A stretch of DNA of 62,917 nucleotides, filler included, from Phoronis australis (taxonomy: Eukaryota > Animalia > Phoronida), in assembly GCA_002633005.1 (NCBI GenBank). It is 6 parts of 6 records of this genome, joined end to end, with 100 filler letters (N's around TTAATTAATTAA, not from the genome) between each part and the next. Parts side by side here need not be neighbours in the genome. Positions count along the whole stretch, not along the records: positions 1 to 25,196 come from NMRA01000558.1; 5 more parts are not named here. One strand, written 5' to 3'. The notes under the pieces are model-generated. The model worked only from the letters and a program-made list of their open reading frames with translations. It had not been told where the DNA came from and made no database searches. A program made the translations under genes and the position numbers. This document shows, piece by piece, positions 10,746-23,415 of the stretch; within the stretch, counting starts at the first letter, position 1; each line of letters opens with the position of its first letter.

Positions 10746-13700
10746 GCAGGTCTACGGGGCACTGAAGAAAGGGCCACTCGTTGTTTTATAAAGTGACTGC
10801 GAACTGCACCTCAGCAGTTCCGGTTAAATGTGGTGAAAAAGAGATGGGATGATTGATATCAGTCGCAATAGTTCAGTCCTTCACCTTATTCAGGATGTTC
10901 CGAGCTGCCTGACAGATCCTGGACGTCATTTCCCTGAAATCAATCCGTAAAAACTAGTGCTGGTCGCCCTGACTGTGTCATTTAAATGTTTAAAACAGAA
11001 ATAGAAGTGACCCCAGACAGACTATCAGTGGAGTAGATTTCCTCTGCGTGCTCCCCCCCCCCGCTTCAAGTTGTTCTACACAAGACAATTTACAGTTGAT
11101 ACATAATTTAGAATAAATTGCAAAAAAATGTGAAATACTCTACAACTCGTGACATGTATGACTTGTGTAAGGACTTTATTTGCCACTGTTAGTAAAAACT
11201 CTTTGCCAGGAAGCTGGTTAGATCTAACTGATAACTAAAAAACGAAACGCTTGTTTTTTGTTAGAGTAAAATCTCAGCGAGCAATAACAATTGCCGTCAG
11301 AAAAACGGTGCGACATACACAAGACCGCTGTCTGGTGAGCTGGTGTGATTTATCTTCTGTCCTTTAAAAAATGCGCGATAATAAGCAAGTACAAAAAACA
11401 GTAGTCAGCTATGAAAATCGTAACAACAGCGTATGTAAAATGTGATGATGGATTAGTCTGCTGCACGTGTAATCCTGTAACAAGGGGGACGTCGTGAACG
11501 TTGGTCTGCACATGATGGGAACCTCATCTGGAACACAAAGCTGGTCATGTTGAATATCGGATGGAAGGTCTGAAGAGCAGTCCATCCGGCGACACAATAG
11601 GGATTGATCACGTGTTTTCCACGGTGAGCACTAATTCACGTGATGCCGGTGGAGGTGCGAAATCACTTAGTTCGACTACAGAACTATCGAGGTGCTTTAA
11701 AATGTGCCACTTGGGAAAGCACCAGCAACGAAAAGTTGGTCGGTCGTCGACTGACATAGGAAGAGCGAGAAGCGGCGCCACTATCTCTTGAACCAAAATA
11801 ATCGGGAACAACATAAAACTTGGCAGGAAGGTGCTTGTAGCGGTGATCTGGTCAATTAGGCCATAGTCCTAGCTCATCTGCTTTTCACGCCCGTGGCTAT
11901 TTCTGGGGAAGGCAATGGGAAATTTGGACAAAATTCTTCTCAAGATGTCCAAAAGTCAATTTCAGCACAGTTCACAAGAATACGCTTGCACGTTTAGCAA
12001 GAATCTTAGTTTAAAAGTTGGAAAACATAACCCTCAGATATTTCGCCAGCCACTATAGGAACCAGTGCTGTTTTATCAGAACAGCCGTGTCCGTGCCATT
12101 TCTAAGATGTCTGCTCCCTGAATTATTTTATGCTTCTCAAACCAAACAGAAGCTTTGCGCCAGCTGTGACACTGCATTATTCCGCATATATAGGCACATG
12201 CTAACGCCACTCGAGGGATAATTTTACAAAATCCACTCGGGCTCCAGATTACGGTGGCTAACGACTTCGCCATGTAATCATCTACATCCACTCTACGAGT
12301 GCATGAATTATTGACACAGCAACAGGCTGTCAAGATTGTTGCCCCTTGTTACATTAACGTCTAGGATTCTGTTAGCAATTCTGAGCTTCTGGTATTTAAG
12401 ATATATCCTGACCAGAGTCAACTAAGCCAAAGACTACTGACTTTGCAAACCAACGGATCAAATTTGAGTGCGGCAAGGAGCTTCATTGCTGGGAAGTTTT
12501 CAAGTTTTTGTGACAAAACAGAACTAATCAATCACAAACAGTGTTACAGATATTAACTTGTGTCACGGAAATTGAAAATCTCGTTACATACAAGCTAATG
12601 ACCAACACAAATGTCCGTAGATCATGGATAACCAATGCCAAGATTATGGCGGGAAATATATTGAAGGCCAATGACATGTGACCAACGAACGAATCGGGGG
12701 TACAACTTACAGGATAATTACAAATGCACAAAACTAGCCAAACAATACTATACAGATCCAACGTGAATGATTGGGCCTGCAATAACAGCGACATCACTAC
12801 TTTTGACGGGCCGGCCTACCCTACTCTAACAAGAGCTTCCAATTCATTTAACAACGTTTCATATAAATTTCCTGTTTCTTTCGACAAAGGGAAAGCCGTA
12901 CTGATATCCAAAGTACTGATATCCAAATTCGTCGCCGATGTTCAGTTCAAGTTCCGTCGCAACCAAAAATATGAGACTATATAAGATTTATTTCCGGTGA
13001 GGTTTCGTTATTTATGCGCACGTGCCGAGGAAGCGCCCATGAAGGCAATAATGAATAAGTTATTCCGTGAACAAACACTAATTTTGTTATATGCGACTGG
13101 CCTCGATAATATTTCAGTTAGCTCTAGTAGGGTCCGCCCTCGTGGTAGCTACCGTCACGTTCGGTACCAGTAAGCCCCCTAGCCTTGGGGCAAAGCGCAC
13201 ACAGCAGGCGTCTTGCCCCAACGGGAAACTTTTCGCTCCATCTGATGTTGTAGTGATATCACAGGGTGTTTATTTTGAATACACGTGCTTTACAGAAACT
13301 GGCCACTATTACAAAAAGGGTAGTATGGTGACAAGAGTGTGAAACATTCACAGTGTCACTGTCCGTGACGAGAGCAACCACTGCTGGAGTATAGTAATCT
13401 TGTATTGTGTTTAATAAAATGAGAAAAGGTTGAAAGGCAAGAAAAACATTTCAAAATTTTAGTTTTGAAAAAAATGGTTTCGTGATCATGTGAACTCTTT
13501 ATCAGTCGTCGATAAATTTGTCACGCCCTTTAACAGCAGGATTTCTTAGCATTATTAAGTGTTAATGTTTTTCCTCAAACGAAATTTAGTGATGCGGTGT
13601 TCTGCGTGAATAAATAGGCACCGATTCACTAATGATGGTCCAATAACAAGTTTACGGCCTTTACTATGGCTTTAGTCTGGTTCTGCACGTGCTCATGAAA

Positions 13701-14046
13701 AAAACCAAACATTTTTACCACAATCATGCACTAACTGAAATATACGAAACTGTTTCATCCCCATCCATGAACTGGATATGGACCGATGATACTGTCCAGT
13801 TTGTTGAATCGTTTTATAGAAAAATTGATAACATAAAGAATCAAAAGATTTGACCTGAGGAGTTTCTTGAAATATATCGGTCTTCCGTAGTCTGGCAAAG
13901 ATTGCCTGTGCTCAATGATAAGCAATGGCAAAGAAAACACTCGGGTGATACCATATAGAATAATTTTTTAAACTGCCCCCGATATTCTTGAACAGAAAAA
14001 AGGAACAGGCAAGGTGAAAAATAAAGCTCTAGCGGAATAACATCAG

Positions 14047-14447
14047 GGCCCGGTCTCTAATCTTTGTACTCGAAACGAACTCGAAACTATTTTTGGCAAT
14101 TTCTCTGCTCCTTTTGTGCGAACTTAAGATAATTGGTTATCAGACTGTGCTCGAATACATTATAGTTTATGCATAGGAGTTTCTAGTTCAAGTTTGCCCT
14201 TGAAGACCCTTATATTCGTGCTACAAACTCGAGTAAAAACTCGAAATTTCGAGTTCAAACTCGAACTTATTGCTTTAATATTGGGTTTACAAACTGTGAA
14301 CTAAGGGCAATAAATTATCTATGTAAGTTATTGTGTACTCGAGCATAGAATAATAGACACTTATCTTGAGTTCGCCCAAAAGTAGAGTTGAAAATGCCAA
14401 ACCTAATTTCGAGTTCCATTTCGAGTAAAAAGATTGGAGACCGGGCC
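14047..14447. mobile_element. MITE with CAG TSD (PIF/Harbinger-related, CWG-targeting type)
   Basis: TIR GGCCCGGTCTC at both ends, CAG on both flanks; near-identical inverted copy at 16614-17002. Confidence 0.88.
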
Positions 14448-16390
14448 CAGGATCTATTTACGTTGCTAACCAGGATCAGAAATTGGTTTGGAAAGTTAAG
14501 ATACGTTACGTTACGTTAAGTTGTAATGGGAATGATCATTTTTTAAAATCATCTATTTGAGCACAGGACTCTCACTGACTCTATCTTGGAATGCCATCTC
14601 CCGCGTGTGATCCATGCATTCTATCAGAGACCGTTATCGTCTTTGATTCTATTAGTAGAGCTTGCGACCCCGAGACTAGCCGCGAGAGTTTGGACAGAGA
14701 ATTTCTGGCTGCCTCCTCGACTAAGTTTTGATCGAGAGTTGTAATTATCAAATCAAACCTAATTTCATTGCTTCGTTTTCACTTTATTATTGTTCATTAA
14801 ACGAGACTCTTGAGGTATGGTTCCATACAATCCGATCAGCGATTTCTCGGTTAAGAAATACAACGCATGGCATGTCACGCGAGTGATAAGCGCATGAATC
14901 AACGGAAACCACTCGAGTCAGAGAATCCAGTTCGTTTTTTTTGTTGTGCTTTCCTTAGCGTAAGTTACGCTTGCATGTGCGAGATCAAAAATTTACTCAA
15001 AACGCTTCAGGTATTATTTTTTAGACCGAGAGCTGAATGGAGAAAACCGGGTTTAATATCCTTTTAATTACGAATAAGTGAAGCACTGTTTCTGTTTACA
15101 AATGTTTCCTTTGTGATTAAGGTTATTTTGAAACTTCTAATGCAAAAAAGGAAGCCAATTCCAGGGAGCACAGCCGACTGCACCCTTCTCATAGCCTGGG
15201 GTAACAATTTTCAGTCCGCCCATGTACATATGCATGCGCTGAACTAAGTGTTTACTGGTCTTTGGTCCAACTTTGGTAATCTAGTAGTACTTAACACACA
15301 CCACCGCCAATCGTTTTTGCAACAGATAACAAAATTTTCACTGGCACGCTTTTAAATTAGTATATTTAATTCCAAGACAGAAAGTTTCGTATGGGTTTAA
15401 TAGGGGCAAAAACAACAATGTGCTATTTCACTGGTTGGAGTGTGTAAACTTGTTCAAGGCTTCAAGATTTAAATTATTCTTTGAGTGGACTGAAACACAG
15501 TTTTTGGGTTCACAATTCTTTATTTGTCCTGGAAACTGCAAAGTACAAGAACTCCACAAATCGCGCCATCTTTCCGTACTTGTTAAAAATCACTACGAAA
15601 ACTTTATCTAAAAAAACTAAGAGTTGACCATGTCCTCTAATATGACTTAAGTGTAGGGTAGCCGGTTGTTGCCCCTCGCAAAACTCATGAATGTTCCACC
15701 AAAACATTCTTTACCTCCAACATAGTTTTTTGTCACAAGCTATTTTCTTTTCACATGGATTGCAACTCATTCCTTTCAAGCACATTTCTTTCTTGATGAA
15801 GACACTTGTACTAATGTCAACATAGAGTTTTGATACAATACACCCAAGCATATGTCTTCCCTCAGAGAGCAAAATGTGGGTTCATGAGAAAAAATGAGTT
15901 AGTAAAAATAATTGCAGTGTGTGAGAAATGAAACATAGCTCACGAAGAAAGCATTTTATTCAAAACAATAAAGCTGTCTATCCTCTCACTACAGCGGTGG
16001 TAAGTTCTGATAAGTTCTATGATAAAACTTTGTCACCTGCTAAACCCATTTAAAGTCAGGTACACGCCTGCATAAAGCATTAATGCCAGCTAGGTTGTGT
16101 TGCAGTAGTTGTTGTCTTTCCTTCTAATTGCTATCAAGATTTCTTACATTTTGTTTTAAATGATGTATTAGCCTGGACCCGGTGGAAATCAGTGTTCTTA
16201 TCAGTGAGCGCGATTTCTATTCCAGTAAAAAATAAATGTTTACTGCTACTACTATGAGAACACCTGTGCAATTCGTTAGGGAGGATGACTGGATACCCTG
16301 GTGTTGCTGTCTCCAATGAAACGGGAAGTAAGAAGTAGTAAAAATCATGCCAAACTATCATCTAATGAAAAACCGGATCATAAGCATCAT

Positions 16391-16484
16391 CTATTGAAAG
16401 TTTCCCACTTTAATAGTAATTCCAACTTCTGGTCTACTGTTCTTGTCATTGCTTGGTCCCATGTTTGACTTTTTGTTTCTTCTC
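16391..16484 (-). CDS. USP40: Ubiquitin carboxyl-terminal hydrolase 40-like, terminal exon
   Basis: TTGTAG acceptor; RRNKKSNMGPSNDKNSRPEVGITIKVGNFQ* resembles the USP40 C-terminus as I recall it (PETSLSIHVGSFR); phase matches the upstream exon. Confidence 0.8.
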
Positions 16485-16613
16485 CTACAACGAGCACAAC
16501 AGATCATACTAAGCAGAATAAGTCAAAAAAGAGCGACAGTTCTTGTGATAATGTTCTGCCAATCAATCATGATCTCATAAGTCTGCTCAGTATAGTGGTT
16601 GGAGAGAGAACAG

Positions 16614-17002
16614 GGCCCGGTCTCCAATCTTTTTACTCGAAATTAGGTTTGGCATTTTCAACTCTACTTTTGGGCGAACTCAAGATAAGTGTCTATTATT
16701 CTATGCTCGAGTACACAATAACTTACGTAGATAATTTATTGCCCTTAGTTCACAGTTTGTAAACCCAATATTAAAGCAATAAGTTCCAGCTTGAACTCGA
16801 AATTTCAAGTTTTTACTCGAGTTTGTAGCACGAATATAAGGGTCTTCAAGGGCAAACTTGAACTAGAAACTCCTATGCATAAACTATAATGTATTTGAGC
16901 ACAGTCTGATAACCAATTATCTTAAGTTCGCACAAAAGGAGCAGAGAAATTGCCAAAAATAGTTTCGAGTTCCTTTCGAGTACAAAGATTAAAGACCGGG
17001 CC
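16614..17002. mobile_element. MITE with CAG TSD, inverted copy in the last USP40 intron
   Basis: Reverse complement of 14047-14447 with few differences; CAG on both flanks. Confidence 0.88.
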
Positions 17003-17774
17003 CAGGTCTGTGTTTCATACAACCAAGACATTTGTGAGAAAAGCTAGCGTGAAAACATGCTTCAATTTTGTAATGCATGGCGATATGATGCTAAGTTTTG
17101 CATGACCTTTTCTTTCCATGAGATTCTTGTCTCTACAGAACGCAGTCCCGATTTTACCATAAATTAATTCTCATGGCACAATGTGTTTTCTGCATTTTCG
17201 TAAACTAAGAGGATCGAAACAACTTAACAACAAAAAATCATGAGTGAAACTTAACAGTTGTAACATCTGGAAACCAAGTCATCAAATGCGACCATAAAGT
17301 TTACCCACATTTCAATCAAGAAGTGAACTTTGGACTTCGGCCACTTACCATGACTGCAAAATTTGTCTCAACATTTTGCTGTTACTCAGATGAGAAGAGA
17401 TTTCGGGTGAGCAAATAAATGACAGTTCATTATTCCTCGAGACTCACAATGGCAGGTGCATAAAACGTGGTTCCCACTCTCTTCCCATTATCAGATTCTA
17501 GGACTTCTCAAGAACTTTTTTGCACAAAGCCCCCCCCCCTTCCCACAAAATTTACACGGTCGTATATTTGGCTGAACGGTCTGGCACTTGCAGTTACAGT
17601 ATAGCTTAATGCAATGGTAATGACATGAATAGGGAAGAAGCTGACAATGGTAACTGTTCAGAGACTACTCAAAGTTTTGCAGTGAACTACGAAATATTAA
17701 GAATGCTAGGCCATTCAACTAAATCCCCCCACCTGCGCTACAAATACTAGAAAAACAAGTCAAACCAAACCTAC

Positions 17775-17878
17775 ATTTGTTTCTTTTCTTCAATTTCTCT
17801 CCGCAACTTCTCTAAAGCTTGTTCATCATCAGACGTAGCAAAATCATGATACTGCGCTTTGGCTTCAAGACGCAAATC
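17775..17878 (-). CDS. USP40: USP40-like, penultimate exon
   Basis: CTCAG acceptor and GTAGGT donor; DLRLEAKAQYHDFATSDDEQALEKLRREIEEKKQ; phases 0 and 2 fit both neighbours. Confidence 0.82.
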
Positions 17879-18109
17879 CTGAGAAAGGTCGACTAGAATC
17901 AGTACCACGTCAACTCCGATTTTCACCACAAACTCGCTGCTATCCAAACATCAGAATATTCACACTCAATCAGTTCTGCAGTCAGTTGTTACAAGACAAA
18001 TATAACTAAATTGATAATAAAAACAAGTAGAGACATGATAACCTTGGTATAATTATGTGAATGTATAAAATCACCCCAAAAACACCAACAGGTTTCGGGT
18101 TCCAGTTAC

Positions 18110-18214
18110 CTTCACGCCAATAATGTCCCCCTCTTGGATGTAATACGGTGCTTGCTTCAGGTTGACACTGCATTGTTTGGCTGCCTTTTTCTTCTTATTT
18201 TTATGTGTGACCAC
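18110..18214 (-). CDS. USP40: USP40-like internal exon
   Basis: TGCAG and GTAAC boundaries, 35 codons: VVTHKNKKKKAAKQCSVNLKQAPYYIQEGDIIGVK, matching the recalled USP40 motif KKKK..LQGAPYYLKDGDTIGVK. Confidence 0.88.
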
Positions 18215-19220
18215 CTGCAAGAAATGGCCGCATAGTAATTAGTTAAATACATTTTACTAACATCAGTTGGCCAAATTTTACTGATGAAGCAAAACAAAAC
18301 AGGCGTGGGGGGCAGGGGGGCTTCACTCTTTATTGACAGCACTAGCAATAGCAGTAGGCAAACTGAAAAATAACAAAAGCTTTGTTCAAATACACAAAGT
18401 TTCTAACATCAAATTTACATAATACATAATATGTTAATTACACTCATAAGCATATCATAAATGCAAATGTACTGATCTGCGATGAACAAGAAACCACAAA
18501 ACACAAATACAGTTAACACAAAAGTCATTCTAAACCACTATCATTCAAACTACGTGACCGTCAAATAAACTCAACGTCAACTAGATCAGAGAAACCCCGA
18601 AAAATATATCAACATAAATCCATAAAACTTTATATATAGGAACATTAACATTTTCCCTAGATAATACTAATGCAGTATTATATGTTACGAGATACAATAC
18701 CATGAAGATAACATAAAAGCCAAACTCCTCAGACAACGCCCAAGAAAAAGGCAACGAGCATACTCTATGGCAAGCGTTTAAAACATTATACACTGACAGT
18801 GCAGGGGAAAACTTACGTCAAACAAAATAATGCAAATAAACTACTGACTATCAAGAAACACTTGCTTATGCCGATATCGCCCAAGTCTAACCAAACCCCA
18901 TTGAATAACTATGTACAGCAGGACGTTGCTCCACTATAAACGTTTGTGGAATGACATTTGATGGTGAAAATTTGGAGGAAAATTTGCAGCAAACTTTCAA
19001 ACAATTTTGCGTTATTTTTCTTCTACTTCGTCTGCTTCAACAAACCCTGACAAATTTTGATGAAATGCATTAAATTTCATGCAACATGAACTCCTGCACC
19101 TTGTTTTGTTCCGTTCAATCATTGCCACTATACAGCGCAGACATAACAAGATAGACATGAAATTACATGTACATTGTACGGTCTCCACTGACAATTTGCT
19201 AAGTAAAACATTTCTATTAC

Positions 19221-19431
19221 CTGGTTACTTATTTCCAACCATTCATGCTTGCTTGGGAAATGTTTAGCTAAAGACACGTGCTCCGCAGGAATGATGAACA
19301 TATCACAGGCTAACCTCCGCAGGGGTTCCACTCCCACTCCCTTCGAGACGTCCCACACGACTTCCTGAGGAGGGCCATAGCACCGACTGGTGGGAATTCT
19401 CCGACAAAAAGTGACTAGCAACTGATTGGGT
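19221..19431 (-). CDS. USP40: USP40-like internal exon
   Basis: CACAG and GTAAT boundaries; RRIPTSRCYGPPQEVVWD...IPAEHVSLAKHFPSKHEWLEIS parallels recalled USP40 RIPGERTY...VW...IAKYFPEKFEWLPIS. Confidence 0.88.
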
Positions 19432-19679
19432 CTGTGAAGGAGAACGTGTATGCGTCACACACTACAAGCAGGAACTGTAACTCCNGGGGAAACACAAACT
19501 ACAATAAAATTGCAACGGTAGTCAGCATGTATTGGCATTGAGATTTGTCTTAGGTATAAAGCTCCTAGCAAAAAATACTAACCTATGAGATACAGGCCGA
19601 TTCCAGGACATCACACACATTATTTGAAAAAAGCACAACAAATATCAATTGCACTCTTAACAGTATGCTTGTAGGTATT

Positions 19680-20575
19680 CGTTAGTATCAAAAAGTGACC
19701 GCTAGGTGGCGCAGAATATGTCAAACTTGTCCAAAAATGGGAAGACCTACTCATTCCTTAATAGAAACCTTTTTGCCAATAATGAAAATCTATCAAGGAA
19801 TTTCGAAGATAGAGAGGCAAACACAAAAAATGAAATTGTTGCTACAAGGCGCAGCAATAATCAGATCTACCCGACAGAAGTTGTCACCTGTTCTAACCTG
19901 GTTGCAAGGGGTTTAGGAGATACATCAGCTGTCGATGAAAAAAAAAAAACAAAATTGCCACTATGGGGCATCACTGTAGTCAGATCTATCCAGCAGCCAT
20001 CGTTATCCATAGCCATATTCTTGGGAAAACATGTGCCAAAGATCCTGCAATTGGTTAAGGAGATATTAATGCAGATGCAAAAACTGAAATTGCCACTAGG
20101 ATGTGCCGTACTCGTTGGGCGTGTCTGAAAGTCAACATAAGCCGCTGCCTTCTGGGCAGGAACACGAACTCTCATAATCATTTTGATCCTTTGAGAAGTT
20201 TGTCAGAAAGAGAGGTGGATGTCAAACAACTGACTCAAAACTAATAAGAAAGACCACTACGCACAACGAAATACGTCAAATCTACCTTCAAATAGGAAGT
20301 CATTATTGCCTCCTCAATAGACACCTAATATGTTCAAAACTTCATGAAAATCCATCAACAAATTTCAAAAATGGATGCAGTGTAAAAAAACTAAAATTGC
20401 CACTCGCAGCAGTTCAGATGATCTGAAATTCATCGCCATCTGTTGTCAGCTTCACAGGAACACATTTCTCACACCTCATTAAGATCCCGCAGTGGAGACA
20501 GACGTCAGACGGTCAGTCAGAGATGACGGACTTTGCAGTCACATATTAACCTATGTGTGATGTGATCGCATAAAA
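19680..20575 (+). repeat. Helentron/HINE-like non-autonomous element with internal degenerate tandem units
   Basis: Recurring AAATTGCCACTAGG and CCAAA..TTCATGAAAATC units, GACAGACG-type tract near the 3' end; homologous to 22108-23415. Confidence 0.5.
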
Positions 20576-21332
20576 TGGAAAATTCAACGTTTTATAAAAA
20601 CTTAACATCATGACAAGTCGACGAAAGCTTCTGTGTCGATACTTAAGGCCCTGCCACACCTAACTCAGAACATCTTAATCCAAATCCATTCGCCTACCTT
20701 GATGAACCAGGTTGGGAATGAGTAGAAATTGGCAATTTTGGTCAGAAACATGACTCAAGTGCGACGTAATCCACCGAGTTCTCATCAGATTATACAATAT
20801 GCTCAACAAGCTCCCACTCGGTTTCGCGCCATTTCAAGATCATACTGAGAACTACCTAAGTGTGACTGAGAATAAGTGAGAGAAGCAATGTCTTCTGAGA
20901 ACAAGACCTTCAACAGATTGCTGGAAGAGTACATTCCCGAAAACTCAAGGCCTATCTGCATCACTCTTCATCATAAATGACTACGGTTGAGAACCAGACT
21001 ATATGGTACACTCAAAGCCATCGAGTTGTTCACCTTTTATCTAACCAGTGATCTTCAGCTGCTGCTCGAGTAAAAGCAGTATTAGCAAGTACTAGTAGTA
21101 GTAATAGTTGCTCTAGTCGATAAACGCACACCTCTACTGGGTTGCCCAACTTTGTAACCAAATGTGATGGAAGTTGGTGTAATTAGACCAGAACTACTCA
21201 GCACGATTACACAAGACCATCACGTCAGGACAGACTCCAAAAAATCTGTTTCGCCAATGTGTAGACGGGCCACACACTTCAAAAGGTAGTTTCCATAGTA
21301 TATGTTAAGCTAAATGACACCAGGCAACTCAC

Positions 21333-21558
21333 TGGAGTGTTTGATTCAAATTCCTCAGAACTGCTGTAGGTCTAGATTTCTCCTGAAGCCTCACTCTCAA
21401 AAAGTCCACAGATGGCACTGGTGCAGCTGCCATGGCTTCTAGTGACAGAATTAGAATCTTCAAATCGAGAAGAGTGCACAACTTTCCTATTTCGACTTCA
21501 CCAAGCCGTATAAGCTTTGGCAACTCTTGTGAATCAGTCACTGAGTTTTGTTGTTGAC
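21333..21558 (-). CDS. USP40: USP40-like internal exon
   Basis: CTCAG and GTGAG boundaries; LGEVEIGKLCTLLDLK...VPSVDFLRVRLQEKSRPTAVLR parallels recalled USP40 LGDIEISEDATLAELK...VPSPAHLR. Confidence 0.85.
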
Positions 21559-22107
21559 CTGAGAATAGATTTGAAATTCATTAATTTTGTTCACAACAAT
21601 TTTATTCCTTTCAAATTGTTGGTTAATACTGACAATAAAGTAAACTCCTTTTTTTTTAATTCAACACAAAAATAAAAAAGAAATTGAAAGGAAAGCATGG
21701 AGATGAAATAAATTAATGCAAACACAAACATTTAACTGCAAATTGTTGCATACTACAACAGCCTGTTTCACTAAGATCATGTAATTTTAAGACATTTTCT
21801 TTCCAGAGTCTAAATGGAGACTTACGACTAGTTGATAAGTTTTGGTGTAATTTTCCAGTTAGACTCTGTGAAAAAAATGTTGCAATACAATAATATTTTA
21901 GTAAAGTGGCCCCCAGAACCATTTACACGATGTGCCAGACACCCTTTGGGTCACAGCTGTCAACATCACTAGGAACAAAAATGACACACGACACTTCAGT
22001 AAAACTGCTGTTCTAGTTATTCAGCTTTCCATTTATTACTCAATTAATCCATGTCAACCAAAAGACCATGGTCGGTCTCGGACAGTTACACACCCCACAT
22101 ACCATAG

Positions 22108-23415
22108 CAACAGGAGCAACGTGGATCATTGAAATGCACCCACGAATGTATCAGTAATGGTGTGCTTCTGGGGGTGTATATTTGTATCATAAAAATGCCC
22201 ATTAGATGGCTTAAAATACATCGAATCCATCCGAAAATGGGATCATACCATCACTTCTTTAACAGAAAGCTATTTACCAAATTTCATAAAAATCTGACAA
22301 GGAACTTCAGAGAAGCAACGGAAAGCAGAAAAAACGAAATTGCCACTAGGGGGCATAGCATTCGTCGGATTCATCTGAGTCATCCTTGTCGTTGACAGTT
22401 TCATATAAATACACTTGTCTTGCTAAATTGAATAAAGATCCTGCAGTAGGTTTAGGAGATACAGCTATGAGCGCAAAAAAAAAAAACTGGCACTAGGAGG
22501 CGCCACAGTAGTCAAAGTCGTCGTGAAATAATCATCAACCATCCTCTTCACGCTAAGAACATGTATGCCAATTTTCACAATCATCCTTAGAATTCTTTGG
22601 TTGACACGGGAGCGGAAAACAGCAACAATGGCCATTAGGTGGCACAAAATACCTCTCAATTATATCCAAAAACGAGAGGATAGTGTCATCTCACCAATAG
22701 ATGCCTATATTCCAAATTTTATGAAAATCTGTTGAGGACCTTTCGAAGACATAGAGGTAAACATAAAAAACTAAAATTGCCACCAGGGGGCACACTGTTA
22801 GTCAGATCCGTCCGAATGTCGACGTCCTCGTCCATTGTCAAAATCATATAAATACACCTACTAAATTTAGTAACGATCCTGCACAGTGTTAAGGAGATAA
22901 AGCCATGGGCGCTAAAAAACAAAACTGTCACTAGGAGGCTCCACAGTAGTCGAAGTTGTCAGAAAATCATTGTCATTCATCCTGTTCATACTAAGAACAT
23001 ACATGCCAATTTTCACAATCATTCTTAGAGTGGTTTGGTCGATAGAGGGGTGGTTGCTAAACAACAGACTAGAAAACAGTAAAAATGTCCACTAGGTGGT
23101 GCAAAATGCCTTGAATCCATCCGAAAACAGGAGGATAGCGTCATATGTGCCAAATTTCATGAAAATCGGTGGAGGACCTTTGAAGATACATAGGCAAACG
23201 CAAAAAACTAAAGTTGCCACTAGGGGGCACAGTGGTACTCGGTTCGGTCCGAAACTTGTCGTTCTCTGTCCTCAACCCCATAGGAACACACCCGCCAAAT
23301 TTCAATAATATCTTGCAAGGGGTTTAGGAGATACAGCTGCGGACGCCGGACGCCCAGACAGAGATGACGGCAATATGCACCCACGTAATTATAAATAATT
23401 ATGTGGGCACATAAA
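22108..23415 (+). repeat. Helentron/HINE-like element with about 145-bp subunits and a 437-bp higher-order period
   Basis: TGCCAC(T/C)AGGGGGCA at 22341, 22778 and 23215; TGCACCCACG near both ends; 3' stem-loop CCCACGTAATTAT...ATAATTATGTGGG. Related reverse-orientation units at about 23640-24330. Confidence 0.6.
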
